Below, piece by piece: positions 10,165-20,413 of a DNA stretch of 64,000 nucleotides. Location: positions 22 to 64,021 of the forward strand of contig ATWQ01000010.1 in the NCBI GenBank assembly GCA_000421325.1. Reading direction: 5' to 3'. Under the pieces are notes generated by a model. The model was given only the letters and a program-made list of their open reading frames with translations, was not told the DNA's origin and ran no database searches. The position numbers and the translations under genes were made by a program. This DNA is from an alpha proteobacterium SCGC AAA536-K22 (GTDB lineage: Bacteria; Pseudomonadota; Alphaproteobacteria; Puniceispirillales; Marisalimonadaceae). The first letter of the stretch is position 1. Each line of letters opens with the position of its first letter.

Positions 10165-11539
10165 ATGATAAAAACATCTTTTAAAAGTAGCCAAAGATTG
10201 TTTGGTACGGATGGTATTAGAGGCACTGTAAATGAAGACAAGGTAACTGCTTTAATGGCAGTTAATTTAGCAATGGCCGCGGGTGAATATTTTTATGGTA
10301 AAGCAGGAACAAAAAAATCTCGAGTGCTAATAGGTAAAGATACTAGATTATCTGGATATATGCTTGAACCAGCTTTAGTTGCAGGTTTCACGTCTGTAGG
10401 TTTAGATTCTATTACAACTGGCCCCCTTCCAACACCAGCTATTGCCCATCTAACAAGGGTTTTAAGATGCGATTTGGGAGTAATGATTTCTGCATCTCAT
10501 AATCCCTATGAAGATAACGGTTTAAAATTATTTGGAGCTGATGGGTTTAAATTGAATGATGAAGTAGAAAATGAAATTCAGTTAAGAATGTCTAATGGTC
10601 CTATCCTTGCAAAATCTGCAAATTTAGGTAGGGCTAGAAGAATGGAAGATGCAATTGGAAGGTATTCAGAATTTGTAAAACAAATATTACCAAAAAGTGA
10701 AGATTTAAGTTTAATGAAGGTTGTTTTAGATTGTTCTAATGGAGCTTCATACAAGGTAGGACCTGAAGTTTTATTTGAGCTAGGGGCTGATTCAGTAATT
10801 ATTGGCGCGGAACCAAATGGTAAAAATATTAATTTAGATTGCGGAGCCATGTTTCCGGAAAAAATGGCTAAAATGACTCAATTAGAGAAAGCTGATTTAG
10901 GAATTGCACTTGATGGAGATGCGGATAGAGTAATTTTTTCTGATGAGAAGGGAAAAATAATTCATGGAGACCAGATAATAGCGGTATTAGCCAGTGATAT
11001 GAAAAAAAACAATCAGTTAAATGACAATAAAGTTGTAGGAACTTTAATGTCCAATTTAGGATTAGAAAATTATTTAAACAAACAAAATATTGGTCTTTTT
11101 AGAACTAAAGTAGGTGATCGTTATATTCTAGACAAAATGATTAAATCTAACTGTAAACTTGGAGGTGAACCATCAGGACATATTTTATTATCTGATTTTG
11201 CCAAAACAGGGGATGGTTTGTTAACAGCAATAAAGATACTTTCTTTACTTAAAAAATCTGGTTTAAAAGCCTCCGAATTTTTAAGACCATTTACACCAAT
11301 ACCACAATCACTAAAAAATCTTAAAAAATGTTAATAAAGATATATTATCTAAAGATAAAATAACTAACTTGGTCAAAACTCAGCAAAATCTTCTTGGTCA
11401 AAATGGGAGAATTTTATTGCGGCCATCTGGAACAGAAGACTTGGTAAGAATCATGGTTGAGTCTAATGATGAAAAGAAAGTTAAAGAAATTACCGAAATT
11501 TTAGCTAATATTATTCTTAAAGAAAATAAAATTGAATAA
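10165..11539 (+). CDS. glmM: Phosphoglucosamine mutase; frameshifted in an A6 run near 11323-11328
   Basis: FGTDGIRG, ISASHNP and DGDADR motifs. The ORF stops at 11334, but the C-terminal domain GRILLRPSGTEDLVRIMVES continues in another frame to TAA at 11539. Confidence 0.93.
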
Positions 11540-12365
11540 AATAAATAATTTATCTAAAACAGTTTTAGTTATTGCAGGTTCTGATCCAAGTGGAGGTGCA
11601 GGAATACAAGCTGATTTAAAAACACTTACAAGCCTAAGTGTATACGGTATGACAGCAATTACAGCATTGACTGAACAAAATACAAATGGAGTTTCTGATA
11701 TATTTGAAATTCCTTTAGACTTCGTAGTTAAACAAATAAATTGTTGTTTATCCGATATTCATATTAATGCTGTTAAAATTGGAATGTTACATAGTGCAGA
11801 ATTAATTTTAGCAGTATATGAAGCCTTAAATGATAATAATATTCTTAGCAAAAAAGACATAAATATAGTATTGGATCCGGTAATGGTTGCAAAGGGAGGG
11901 CATAAACTATTAAAAGAGAATGCTGTAGATGCTCTCAAAAATTTTATTTATAAAGTTCATCCTGTTTTGACACCTAATATTCCTGAAGCAGAAATATTAA
12001 CTGGAATGAAGATTAATAATCTAACAGATATGAAAAATGTTGGAAAAGAAATAATTAAACTTGGAGCAAGTCATGTTATTTTGAAAGGTGGACATATGGA
12101 AACACCAGTTATGACAGATCTTTATATAGATGACTCAGAAATTTATTCAATTGAAACTAAAAAAATTCTAACTAATCACACTCATGGAACAGGGTGCACG
12201 ATGGCCTCAGCGTTATCAGCTTTTTTGGCAAAATCTTTTAACGTTAAATCTTCTTTCGTAAATGCTCATAAATACGTTAATAATGCTATAAAAACTTCTC
12301 CTAAATTTGGTATAGGTAATGGGCCTATAAATCACTGTCATAATATTAATGAATTTATAGTTTAG
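11532..12365 (+). CDS. thiD: Hydroxymethylpyrimidine/phosphomethylpyrimidine kinase
   Basis: IAGSDPSGGAGIQADLKT, VLDPVMVAKGG and THGTGCT motifs. Confidence 0.95.
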   Translation: MNKINNLSKTVLVIAGSDPSGGAGIQADLKTLTSLSVYGMTAITALTEQNTNGVSDIFEIPLDFVVKQINCCLSDIHINAVKIGMLHSAELILAVYEALNDNNILSKKDINIVLDPVMVAKGGHKLLKENAVDALKNFIYKVHPVLTPNIPEAEILTGMKINNLTDMKNVGKEIIKLGASHVILKGGHMETPVMTDLYIDDSEIYSIETKKILTNHTHGTGCTMASALSAFLAKSFNVKSSFVNAHKYVNNAIKTSPKFGIGNGPINHCHNINEFIV

Positions 12366-13011
12366 TTAGCTTAAGAATTTTTTTATACCATGTAAAAATT
12401 GGGTCATTTACATCTAACAAGTCACAGGAACTGCAAGAATATACCCATTTAAAATTCCCAAAGAATATGTAATCTTCTACTCCAGGCTCTTTTCCAGAAA
12501 TAAAACCATTTATTTCAATTATTTTTCTAATGGGGCTTATTAAATTTCTAAACTCTTTAATAGAGTTAGATATTGTAGATTGGAATTTAGTTATAGGACC
12601 ATTTATTCTTTCTTCTCTAGTTCTAATAAAGTATTCTAAATCTTCTCCTTCTAAAATATTTGGTATTTCGTGAGCAATTATCTTAAACAAAATTGGTAAA
12701 AGTTGTCTAGATGTCCAAAGGTACAAAAAATAAGAGAAGTTTTTAGATGAAAGATTGCAAAATATGTTTTTATTATCATATCTATTGTTAAGCCAATTAA
12801 GTATATTCCATGAATCACAAACAAACCCATTCTTATATTTTAAAATAGGTACTAATTGTTGATTAGAAAATTCTATTTTATTTTTTTCAGAAAATCTAAC
12901 TGGCTCAGTTTCAAAGTTAATTTGTTTATGTATTAGGCAAATTTTAACAATCCAACAAGGAGGGCTAAATCTTAAATCATTTTTTCCTGACAAATCGTAT
13001 AACTTAAGCAA
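12355..13011 (-). CDS. Glutathione S-transferase, LigE/beta-etherase-like subfamily
   Basis: LYDL...RFSPPCW...LxHK N-terminus, VPIL cis-Pro loop, DSWNI motif; TTG start. Confidence 0.75.
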   Translation of the reverse strand: MLKLYDLSGKNDLRFSPPCWIVKICLIHKQINFETEPVRFSEKNKIEFSNQQLVPILKYKNGFVCDSWNILNWLNNRYDNKNIFCNLSSKNFSYFLYLWTSRQLLPILFKIIAHEIPNILEGEDLEYFIRTREERINGPITKFQSTISNSIKEFRNLISPIRKIIEINGFISGKEPGVEDYIFFGNFKWVYSCSSCDLLDVNDPIFTWYKKILKLTKL

Positions 13012-13032
13012 ACGTTTCTCTTTTTTTGGTTG

Positions 13033-13060
13033 TTGACAAAAATTAAATAATCTTTAAAAA
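13033..13060 (+). promoter_or_regulatory. Putative sigma70 promoter of serC-serA
   Basis: Perfect TTGACA at 13033-13038, 16-bp spacer, TAAAAA at 13055-13060 (alphaproteobacterial -10 elements often lack the final T). Confidence 0.45.
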
Positions 13061-13066
13061 AATATT

Positions 13067-13091
13067 GGGCCATTGCTTCCCAACAAGCAAT
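13067..13091 (+). promoter_or_regulatory. Hairpin in the serC 5' leader (candidate cis-regulatory RNA)
   Basis: ATTGCTT-CCCAAC-AAGCAAT perfect 7-bp stem at 13072-13091, preceded by GGGCC, in an otherwise AT-rich spacer. Confidence 0.4.
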
Positions 13092-13111
13092 AACATTTAT
13101 TAGAGGTTAAT

Positions 13112-14275
13112 ATGACCAGACCATTAGTCAAGCCAATACGTCCTGAATTTTCTTCTGGACCTTGTGCAAAGAGACCAAAATGGTCTTTGAAGTTTTTAGA
13201 TAATAGTACTCTTGGTAGATCTCACAGACATACAATAGCTAAGTCAAAACTTCAAAAGGTAATTGATTTAACGAAATTAACCCTGAAGATTCCCCATGAT
13301 TACTTAGTAGGCATTGTTCCAGGTTCAGATACTGGAGCCATCGAAATCGCAATGTGGAACCTACTTGGGCCTAGACCAGTTAATATGTTAGTTTGGGACA
13401 GTTTTAGTTCGGATTGGGCTAATGACATAAAATATCAGCTTAAATTAGAAAATATTCACATCTATAATGTTGATTATGGCAAGCTGCCTGATCTTACTAA
13501 TAATCCATTAAAAGGGGACATTGTTTTTAACTGGAATGGTACAACTGCTGGTGTTTGTGTGCCAAACGCGAACTGGATCAATTCTTCACGAAATGGTTTA
13601 ACTATTTGTGATGCTACTTCTGCCGCATTTGCAATGGATATTGATTGGTCAAAATTAGATGTTGGGACATTTTCTTGGCAAAAATGCCTTGGTGGTGAAG
13701 CTGGTCACGGTGTTCTTGTCCTATCACCAAAAGCAGTTGAAAGAATTAACTCATATAATCCATCTTGGCCTATACCAAAGTTATTTCAGCTCAGAAAAAA
13801 TGGTAAGTTAAACCTTGAAATATTCTCGGGTGCCACAATAAACACTCCATCTATGTTGTGTGTTGAAGACTTTTTAGACGCGCTTAATTGGACTAAAGAA
13901 GTTGGTGGATTATCTGGATTAATAAGTAGGTCAAAAAATAATTTAAATATAATTAAAAATTGGGTTTCAGTTTCTCATTGGGCCGACTTTTTATGTGAGG
14001 ATGTTAATAATTTATCTAGTACATCTATATGCTTAAAGTTGACTGATCCTAAAATAATTGATCTTCCAATAGAGATAAAAAATAATATTGAAAAAAATAT
14101 TATTAAATTATTAGAACAACATAAAGTCGCATATGATATAGGAAGTTATAGGTCAGCCCCCCCTGGATTAAGAATTTGGGGTGGTCCAACAGTTGAAAAT
14201 GAAGATGTTAAGAATTTATTACCCTGGTTAGATTGGGCTTATTACGAAACATTAGACCAATTAAAAATAAAATAA
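13112..14275 (+). CDS. serC: Phosphoserine aminotransferase (alphaproteobacterial/Methanosarcina type)
   Basis: FSSGPCAKRP, WNGTTAGV, FSWQKCLGGE (PLP lysine), APPGLRIW; adjacent to serA. Confidence 0.95.
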   Translation: MTRPLVKPIRPEFSSGPCAKRPKWSLKFLDNSTLGRSHRHTIAKSKLQKVIDLTKLTLKIPHDYLVGIVPGSDTGAIEIAMWNLLGPRPVNMLVWDSFSSDWANDIKYQLKLENIHIYNVDYGKLPDLTNNPLKGDIVFNWNGTTAGVCVPNANWINSSRNGLTICDATSAAFAMDIDWSKLDVGTFSWQKCLGGEAGHGVLVLSPKAVERINSYNPSWPIPKLFQLRKNGKLNLEIFSGATINTPSMLCVEDFLDALNWTKEVGGLSGLISRSKNNLNIIKNWVSVSHWADFLCEDVNNLSSTSICLKLTDPKIIDLPIEIKNNIEKNIIKLLEQHKVAYDIGSYRSAPPGLRIWGGPTVENEDVKNLLPWLDWAYYETLDQLKIK

Positions 14276-14291
14276 AAAAGAAAGTGGAATA

Positions 14292-15878
14292 ATGCTAAAA
14301 GTTCTCATAAGCGATAAATTAAGTGAATCTGCGGTAAACGTTTTTAAAAAAAATAAAATTGAAACTGAATATAAGCCAGGATTGAGTAATGAGGGATTAT
14401 TAAAACTAATTGGTAAGTTTGATGGGCTTGCAATCCGCTCTGCAACAAAGGTAACTGAAGAGATTTTTAAGAATGCAAAAAAATTAAAAATTATTGGGCG
14501 TGCAGGCATTGGTACAGATAACATAGATAAAGTGGCTGCAACTAAACATGGTGTAATTGTAATGAATACACCATATGGAAATGCAGTAACTACAGCCGAA
14601 CATGCTATAGCTCTAATGATGTCGTTAGTTAGAATGATACCCCAAGCTGATAGTTCTACTAGGGAAGGAAAATGGGAAAAATCTAAATTCAATGGTACGG
14701 AAATTAGCGGTAAATATTTAGGCCTTATAGGTTGTGGTAACATAGGATCTATTGTAGCTAGTAGAGGATTGGGTCTAAAAATGAAAGTTTTTGCATTTGA
14801 CCCTTTTCTTACTCAAGAAAAAGCTTCTGAATTAGGTGTCGATAAGGTTGATTTAGAACACTTGTTAAAAAACTCTGATATAATTTCACTTCATACGCCT
14901 CTTACTGAAGATACTAAGAATATAATTTCATCGGAAGCTATTAGTATGATGAAAAAAGGTTCCAGAATTATTAATTGTGCTAGAGGAGGTTTAGTTGATG
15001 AAGTCGCTTGTAGGGCGGCGTTAGAGAACAATCATTTAGCTGGTGCAGCATTTGATGTGTTTGTGGAAGAACCTGCTAGGGAAAATATTTTGTTTGAAGC
15101 ACCTAACTTTATAGCTACACCTCATTTAGGAGCGGCTACTTTAGAAGCTCAAGAAAATGTTGCGATACAAATAGCGCAACAAATGTCAGATTATCTAAAT
15201 ACTGGAGCAGTTGTTAATGCTCTCAATTACCCAAATGTATCTTCTGAGGAAGCACCGATATTAAAACCATATGTTAAGCTTGCTTACTTGATGGGGTCTT
15301 TTTTAGGTCAAGTTACACAAGAAGGTATACTGAGTGTAAAGTTAGAATTAGAAGGGAAAGCTTCGTCCATTCAAGGTGTCCCATTAATGGCAAGTACTCT
15401 TGTCGGTTTGTTTGAACCTACATCAGCAGCGGTAAATAATATAAACTCATCCTCTATAGCCTCAAGTAGAGGAATTGATTTATCAACGATTAAGCATGAA
15501 AGACGTTGTGATTATGAGACATTACTCAAAATCACTATCAAGCATGATAAAGGCGAAAGGACAATTTCTGGAACTTTAATCGCAGGTAATAAACCAAGGA
15601 TCATAAATATTCAAGGGATTGCAATTGAGTCAGATTTTCCTAAAAATGCCCTTTATTTAAGAAATTATGATAAGCCGGGGTTTATTGGTGATTTAGGAAA
15701 TACGTTAGGAAAGCAAAACATCAATATAGCGTCTTTTCACTTAGGACGAAGAAATGTAGGTGGAGAGGCTATTGCACTTGTTGAAGTTGATGGCGGAGTC
15801 AATGAAGAAATCATACATCAATTACGATCTCTACCTCAAGTTGCTCGGGTTAACACTATTAATTTTGAAAGTAAATAA
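14292..15878 (+). CDS. serA: D-3-phosphoglycerate dehydrogenase (with ASB and ACT domains)
   Basis: GRAGIGTDNID, GCGNIG, NCARGG, TPHLGA; C-terminal ACT domain DKPGFIG. Confidence 0.97.
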   Translation: MLKVLISDKLSESAVNVFKKNKIETEYKPGLSNEGLLKLIGKFDGLAIRSATKVTEEIFKNAKKLKIIGRAGIGTDNIDKVAATKHGVIVMNTPYGNAVTTAEHAIALMMSLVRMIPQADSSTREGKWEKSKFNGTEISGKYLGLIGCGNIGSIVASRGLGLKMKVFAFDPFLTQEKASELGVDKVDLEHLLKNSDIISLHTPLTEDTKNIISSEAISMMKKGSRIINCARGGLVDEVACRAALENNHLAGAAFDVFVEEPARENILFEAPNFIATPHLGAATLEAQENVAIQIAQQMSDYLNTGAVVNALNYPNVSSEEAPILKPYVKLAYLMGSFLGQVTQEGILSVKLELEGKASSIQGVPLMASTLVGLFEPTSAAVNNINSSSIASSRGIDLSTIKHERRCDYETLLKITIKHDKGERTISGTLIAGNKPRIINIQGIAIESDFPKNALYLRNYDKPGFIGDLGNTLGKQNINIASFHLGRRNVGGEAIALVEVDGGVNEEIIHQLRSLPQVARVNTINFESK

Positions 15879-15957
15879 ACAATTTATTTTTCTTAAAATT
15901 TGTTAGATACATTATAAACTTTGATATATATAATAATTTTATTTGAAAGCTATTATA

Positions 15958-17097
15958 ATGTCGAGTCTATCAACTCAAAAAGGATTATTGCCTGCGGGGC
16001 TAAGTGATGTTCTTTATCCAAATGCTCATATACAATCTAAAATAATAGAAAATTTACTAGATGTATTCTCTAATTATGGATATCTAAGAGTTAAACCACC
16101 TCTTGTTGAATATGAAGAAACTCTGCTTTCAGATGGTCCAGGTAAAGTTTTAAAAGATTCTACTTTCAGAGTTATGGATCCTTTATCACAAAAAATGTTA
16201 GCACTAAGAGCAGACGTAACAGCACAAATTTCTAGAATAGCCTCTACTAGATTGTCACATTTATCTCGTCCACTCAGATTATCTTATTCTGGTGATGTTT
16301 TAAGGGTAAAAGGTGACAGTTTTAATATGGAGCGTCAGAAAACTCAAGTAGGCGCCGAATTAATAGGAGCTAAATCTAAGTTAATAGATGCCGAAATAAT
16401 GCTGGTATGTCTCAAAGCACTAAAGTCAATAAATGTTGATAATTTAACTATTGATATTAATTTACCATTTTTGAGGGAATATCTTTTAGATGGTGTTTCA
16501 CCATCTTTAAAACATACTATCAGTCAATATATAGATATCAAAGATCAAAAAAGTCTTAAAAAATTAAAATTCAAAAATTTAGATATTATATCTAAATTAA
16601 TGGACGTTGCAGGAGATGATGTGCATGCAATTAAATATCTTTTGGAATTAAAATCAAAAGGGATTTTAGTTGATATAATAGGCCATTACTTAACAGTTAT
16701 AGAAACTATTATAAAAAATGATAAATCTATTAAACTTTCAATAGATCCACTTGAAAACAGAGGTTTTAAATACCACACAGGTTTAACATTTACAATCTTT
16801 TCTGACAAATTAAAAGGCGAAATAGCAAAAGGTGGAAGTTACAATATCTTAACAGGAGAAACTGCAACTGGGTGTACAATTTACACTGAAAAGGTTTATC
16901 CTAAGCTTATGCTAAATTTAGACAAAGACTTAGTATATATACCTTACCTAAACATGAAAGATGCCGACGAGATAATCAAAAAAGGTTATAGAATTGTTTT
17001 TGGTTCTTTTTCTAAATCTAATTTAGAAAAAGAAGCCTTGGAAATGAAATGTAAATATATTTGGAAGAATAACACTATCGTTAATTTAAAGTCATAA
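15958..17097 (+). CDS. hisZ: ATP phosphoribosyltransferase regulatory subunit
   Basis: LPAGLSD, LRADVTAQISR, RPLRLSY and QVGAELIG HisRS-like motifs; upstream of purA. ATG at 15958 preferred. Confidence 0.9.
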   Translation: MSSLSTQKGLLPAGLSDVLYPNAHIQSKIIENLLDVFSNYGYLRVKPPLVEYEETLLSDGPGKVLKDSTFRVMDPLSQKMLALRADVTAQISRIASTRLSHLSRPLRLSYSGDVLRVKGDSFNMERQKTQVGAELIGAKSKLIDAEIMLVCLKALKSINVDNLTIDINLPFLREYLLDGVSPSLKHTISQYIDIKDQKSLKKLKFKNLDIISKLMDVAGDDVHAIKYLLELKSKGILVDIIGHYLTVIETIIKNDKSIKLSIDPLENRGFKYHTGLTFTIFSDKLKGEIAKGGSYNILTGETATGCTIYTEKVYPKLMLNLDKDLVYIPYLNMKDADEIIKKGYRIVFGSFSKSNLEKEALEMKCKYIWKNNTIVNLKS

Positions 17098-17126
17098 GAA
17101 ACTAATTCAAAATTAAGGAAAATTTT

Positions 17127-18422
17127 ATGAGTAATATAATTGTTGTCGGCACTCAATGGGGAGATGAGGGTAAAGGTAAAATTGTTGATTGGTTATCCCA
17201 AAAAGCTGATTTAGTTGTAAGATTTCAAGGTGGCCATAATGCCGGACACACCCTTGTTATTGATGACAATGTTTTTAAATTATCATTGCTACCTAGTGGA
17301 ATTGTAAGAGATAACACAATAGTATTAATTGGGAATGGAGTAGTTGTCGACCCGTTTCATTTAGTAAAGGAAATTAAGCAATTAGAAGAAAAAAATATAA
17401 AAATTTCCCCAGAAAACTTAATTATTTCAGATTCAGCTTTTTTAATTTTACCTATACATCAATTAATTGACAATATTAGAGAAAATCAACAGACTTCAAA
17501 CAAAATTGGAACAACTGGTAGAGGAATAGGACCTGCTTATGAAGATAAAGTTGGAAGACGAGGTATAAGAATATGTGATTTACTTGATAAAGAAGATTTT
17601 TTTCTAAAACTTAAAAAATTATATGATTATCATAACATTTGGTTGTCTGCTGTGGGGGAAAATAAACAAAACCCAGATGATATTTTTTTAAAGTTATGGG
17701 ATCAAGTTCAATTTATTATTAATTTTGTTCAACCATCTTGGCTTTTAACAAATAAATATTACTTAGCATCTTCTAATATCTTGTTTGAAGGTGCTCAAGG
17801 CACTTTTTTAGATATAGACCACGGAACTTATCCTTATGTAACTAGTAGTAATACTGTTTCGTCTCAAGCAGGAATTGGATCAGGTATTGGACCAACATCA
17901 ATAGATTACACAATAGGAATAACTAAAGCTTATACAACTAGAGTTGGTTCGGGTCCATTTCCAACAGAAGATGAGGGAGAAGATGGTATGACTTTAGGTA
18001 AAAAAGGTCATGAATTTGGAACTGTAACTGGCAGACAAAGACGTTGTGGTTGGTTTGATTCCGTCTTAGTAAAACAAGCTGTTGCATTATCAAGTATTAA
18101 TGGTATCGCTTTAACTAAGTTAGATGTTTTAGACGATTTTAAAGAAATTAAAATTTGTACTGGTTATTACTTGGATACTGAAGTTGTAAATTATCTACCC
18201 TCATCAGAAAAGCAGCAAAAACGAATAAAACCAATTTATGAAATTATGCAGGGTTGGGAAGGTAGCATTGTAGGTATTAGAAAATATGAAGATCTACCAA
18301 ATCAAGCTAAGAATTATGTTAAAAGAATCGAGAAACTTATTGGTTGTGAAATAATTCTAATTTCTACAAGTCCTGAAAGATCTGATACTATATACTTAAA
18401 AAATCCTTTTGATATTAACTAA
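17127..18422 (+). CDS. purA: Adenylosuccinate synthetase
   Basis: QWGDEGKGK, GGHNAGHT and EFGTVTGRQRRCGW motifs. Confidence 0.99.
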   Translation: MSNIIVVGTQWGDEGKGKIVDWLSQKADLVVRFQGGHNAGHTLVIDDNVFKLSLLPSGIVRDNTIVLIGNGVVVDPFHLVKEIKQLEEKNIKISPENLIISDSAFLILPIHQLIDNIRENQQTSNKIGTTGRGIGPAYEDKVGRRGIRICDLLDKEDFFLKLKKLYDYHNIWLSAVGENKQNPDDIFLKLWDQVQFIINFVQPSWLLTNKYYLASSNILFEGAQGTFLDIDHGTYPYVTSSNTVSSQAGIGSGIGPTSIDYTIGITKAYTTRVGSGPFPTEDEGEDGMTLGKKGHEFGTVTGRQRRCGWFDSVLVKQAVALSSINGIALTKLDVLDDFKEIKICTGYYLDTEVVNYLPSSEKQQKRIKPIYEIMQGWEGSIVGIRKYEDLPNQAKNYVKRIEKLIGCEIILISTSPERSDTIYLKNPFDIN

Positions 18423-19327
18423 TCTTCGTTAGCTACAATTAGTTTTAATTCTTTGGCCTTAATCTTCATAGCTTCTTGAAGCTTCTCAAATGCTCTTGTT
18501 TCAATTTGCCTAACTCTTTCTCTACTTACACTATATTCTTGGGACAATTCTTCAAGTGTTTTGGGTATTTCAATTAGACGTCTTTTAATTATTATATCTT
18601 TTTCTCTTAGCTTCAAATGTTCTAGGGCTTCAACCATCATTTTATTTCGAATATTTTTTTCTTGATTATTCACGAATTGTGTTTCTTGATTATCTCTTTC
18701 GTCTGTCAGCATATCTTGCCATTCAGCTTCTTCGCCATCATTACGATTTAATTGTGAATTAAGTGAGTGATCTCCACCAAGCATTCTTCTATTCATGCTA
18801 ACTACATCATCTTCTGGCACGTCAAGAGTTTTAGCGATATGATTGACTTGAGTAGGTGAAAGATCTCCATCTTCCAGTGCGTTAATCTTACCCTTAATTT
18901 TTCTAAGGTTAAAAAATAATTTTTTTTGACTTGCTGTAGTACCAATTTTAACTTGTGACCAACTTTTCAATACAAATTCTTGTATTGCAGCTTTAATCCA
19001 CCACATTGCATATGTGGCTAATCTAAAACCTTTTTCGGGATCAAATTTTTTAACAGCATGCATCATACCTATATTACCCTCAGCAATAAGATCTGCCACG
19101 GGCAGTCCATAACCTCTATATCCCATTGCAATCTTTGCAACTAATCTTAGGTGACTCGTAACAAGCTTATGAGCAGCTTTAGTATTTTGTTTATCTAACC
19201 AATCTTTAGCTAAAACATATTCTTCACCAGCATCCAACATAGGAAATTTTTTTATGTGATCTAAATATCTAGCTAAATTATTATCTGGCGATAATAATGA
19301 AACTTTCATTGAATCTAAATTACTCAA
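18419..19327 (-). CDS. rpoH: RNA polymerase sigma-32 factor
   Basis: HLRLVAKIAMGYRGYGLP; RpoH box QKKLFFNLR; VSRERVRQIE. Confidence 0.96.
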   Translation of the reverse strand: MSNLDSMKVSLLSPDNNLARYLDHIKKFPMLDAGEEYVLAKDWLDKQNTKAAHKLVTSHLRLVAKIAMGYRGYGLPVADLIAEGNIGMMHAVKKFDPEKGFRLATYAMWWIKAAIQEFVLKSWSQVKIGTTASQKKLFFNLRKIKGKINALEDGDLSPTQVNHIAKTLDVPEDDVVSMNRRMLGGDHSLNSQLNRNDGEEAEWQDMLTDERDNQETQFVNNQEKNIRNKMMVEALEHLKLREKDIIIKRRLIEIPKTLEELSQEYSVSRERVRQIETRAFEKLQEAMKIKAKELKLIVANED

Positions 19328-19393
19328 ATTAAAACTCCTTTGGGATATACATGTAATGTTTTTATAAGTTTTTTAAAGTATTTCAATAAAAAT

Positions 19394-20413
19394 TTAGTAT
19401 TTATTTTTTAGTATTTCAATTAGTTGATTTATATCTTTTGGCAAAGGGCTAATACATTCTATATATTTTTTAGTAATAGGATGATTGAAACTTAGTTTTG
19501 TGGCATGTAAAGCCTGCCTATTAAAGGACTTTATTTGTTGAACTTTTTCTCTGTAAAAGCTATTTCTATATCTATTCTCTGACAATGATTTACCATATAA
19601 ATCATCACCAATAACGCTGTGACCCATATAAGAAAGGTGAACTCTAATTTGGTGAGTCTTTCCTGTTTCTAGCTTGCATTCAATTAAGCTAGCTAGAGGC
19701 GCATAAACGTCTAGAACCTTCCATTTAGTTTTAGCCATTTTACCTCTAGGTGACACAGCCATTTTTTTTCTATTAAAAGATGATCTTCCAATGGGTTTTT
19801 CAATAACGCCAAGATTTGTAGGGTGTCCCCAAACAATTGCGTTATACCTTCTATCTAAATCATGGTTGCTAAAAGTTTTACATAAATTAACGTGAGCAGT
19901 CTCAGTCTTTGCTACTACCATTACTCCACTAGTGTTTTTATCTAATCTGTGAACAATTCCTGGTCTTTTTACCCCGCCAATACCCTCTAAACTTTTTCCA
20001 CAATGATATAATAGGGCATTTACTAGGGTGCCATTCGGAGAACCTGGGGCAGGATGGACAACTATACCTGCTTGTTTATTTAAAATTATTATATATTTAT
20101 CTTCATAAAGAATTTCTAAATCTATCTTTTCTGGTAAAGGAATAGGGTTATCTGCTGGAGGAAATTGAATAGTGATAACTTCGCTATTGTTTATTTTAAA
20201 TGACGGATCCTTAACTTCTATTCCATCAATGTATATATTTTTTCCTTCAATTAATTTCTTTATCCTACTTCTAGATAAAAAAAGATTGTTATTATTTAAT
20301 TCTTGTTTTGCAAAGCTACTTACTTTAATAGCTTCAGTGACCCAAACATCAAGCCTATCATAGGGGATGTCAAAGTCTTTAATAGAAAGTGAAATTTTAA
20401 CAGGATTTATCAT
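19394..20413 (-). CDS. rluD: RluA-family 23S rRNA pseudouridine synthase
   Basis: S4-like RLD...SRS, RPGIVHRLDKNTSG, TGKTHQIRVH and RQALHA motifs. ATG at 20413 preferred. Confidence 0.92.
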   Translation of the reverse strand: MINPVKISLSIKDFDIPYDRLDVWVTEAIKVSSFAKQELNNNNLFLSRSRIKKLIEGKNIYIDGIEVKDPSFKINNSEVITIQFPPADNPIPLPEKIDLEILYEDKYIIILNKQAGIVVHPAPGSPNGTLVNALLYHCGKSLEGIGGVKRPGIVHRLDKNTSGVMVVAKTETAHVNLCKTFSNHDLDRRYNAIVWGHPTNLGVIEKPIGRSSFNRKKMAVSPRGKMAKTKWKVLDVYAPLASLIECKLETGKTHQIRVHLSYMGHSVIGDDLYGKSLSENRYRNSFYREKVQQIKSFNRQALHATKLSFNHPITKKYIECISPLPKDINQLIEILKNKY

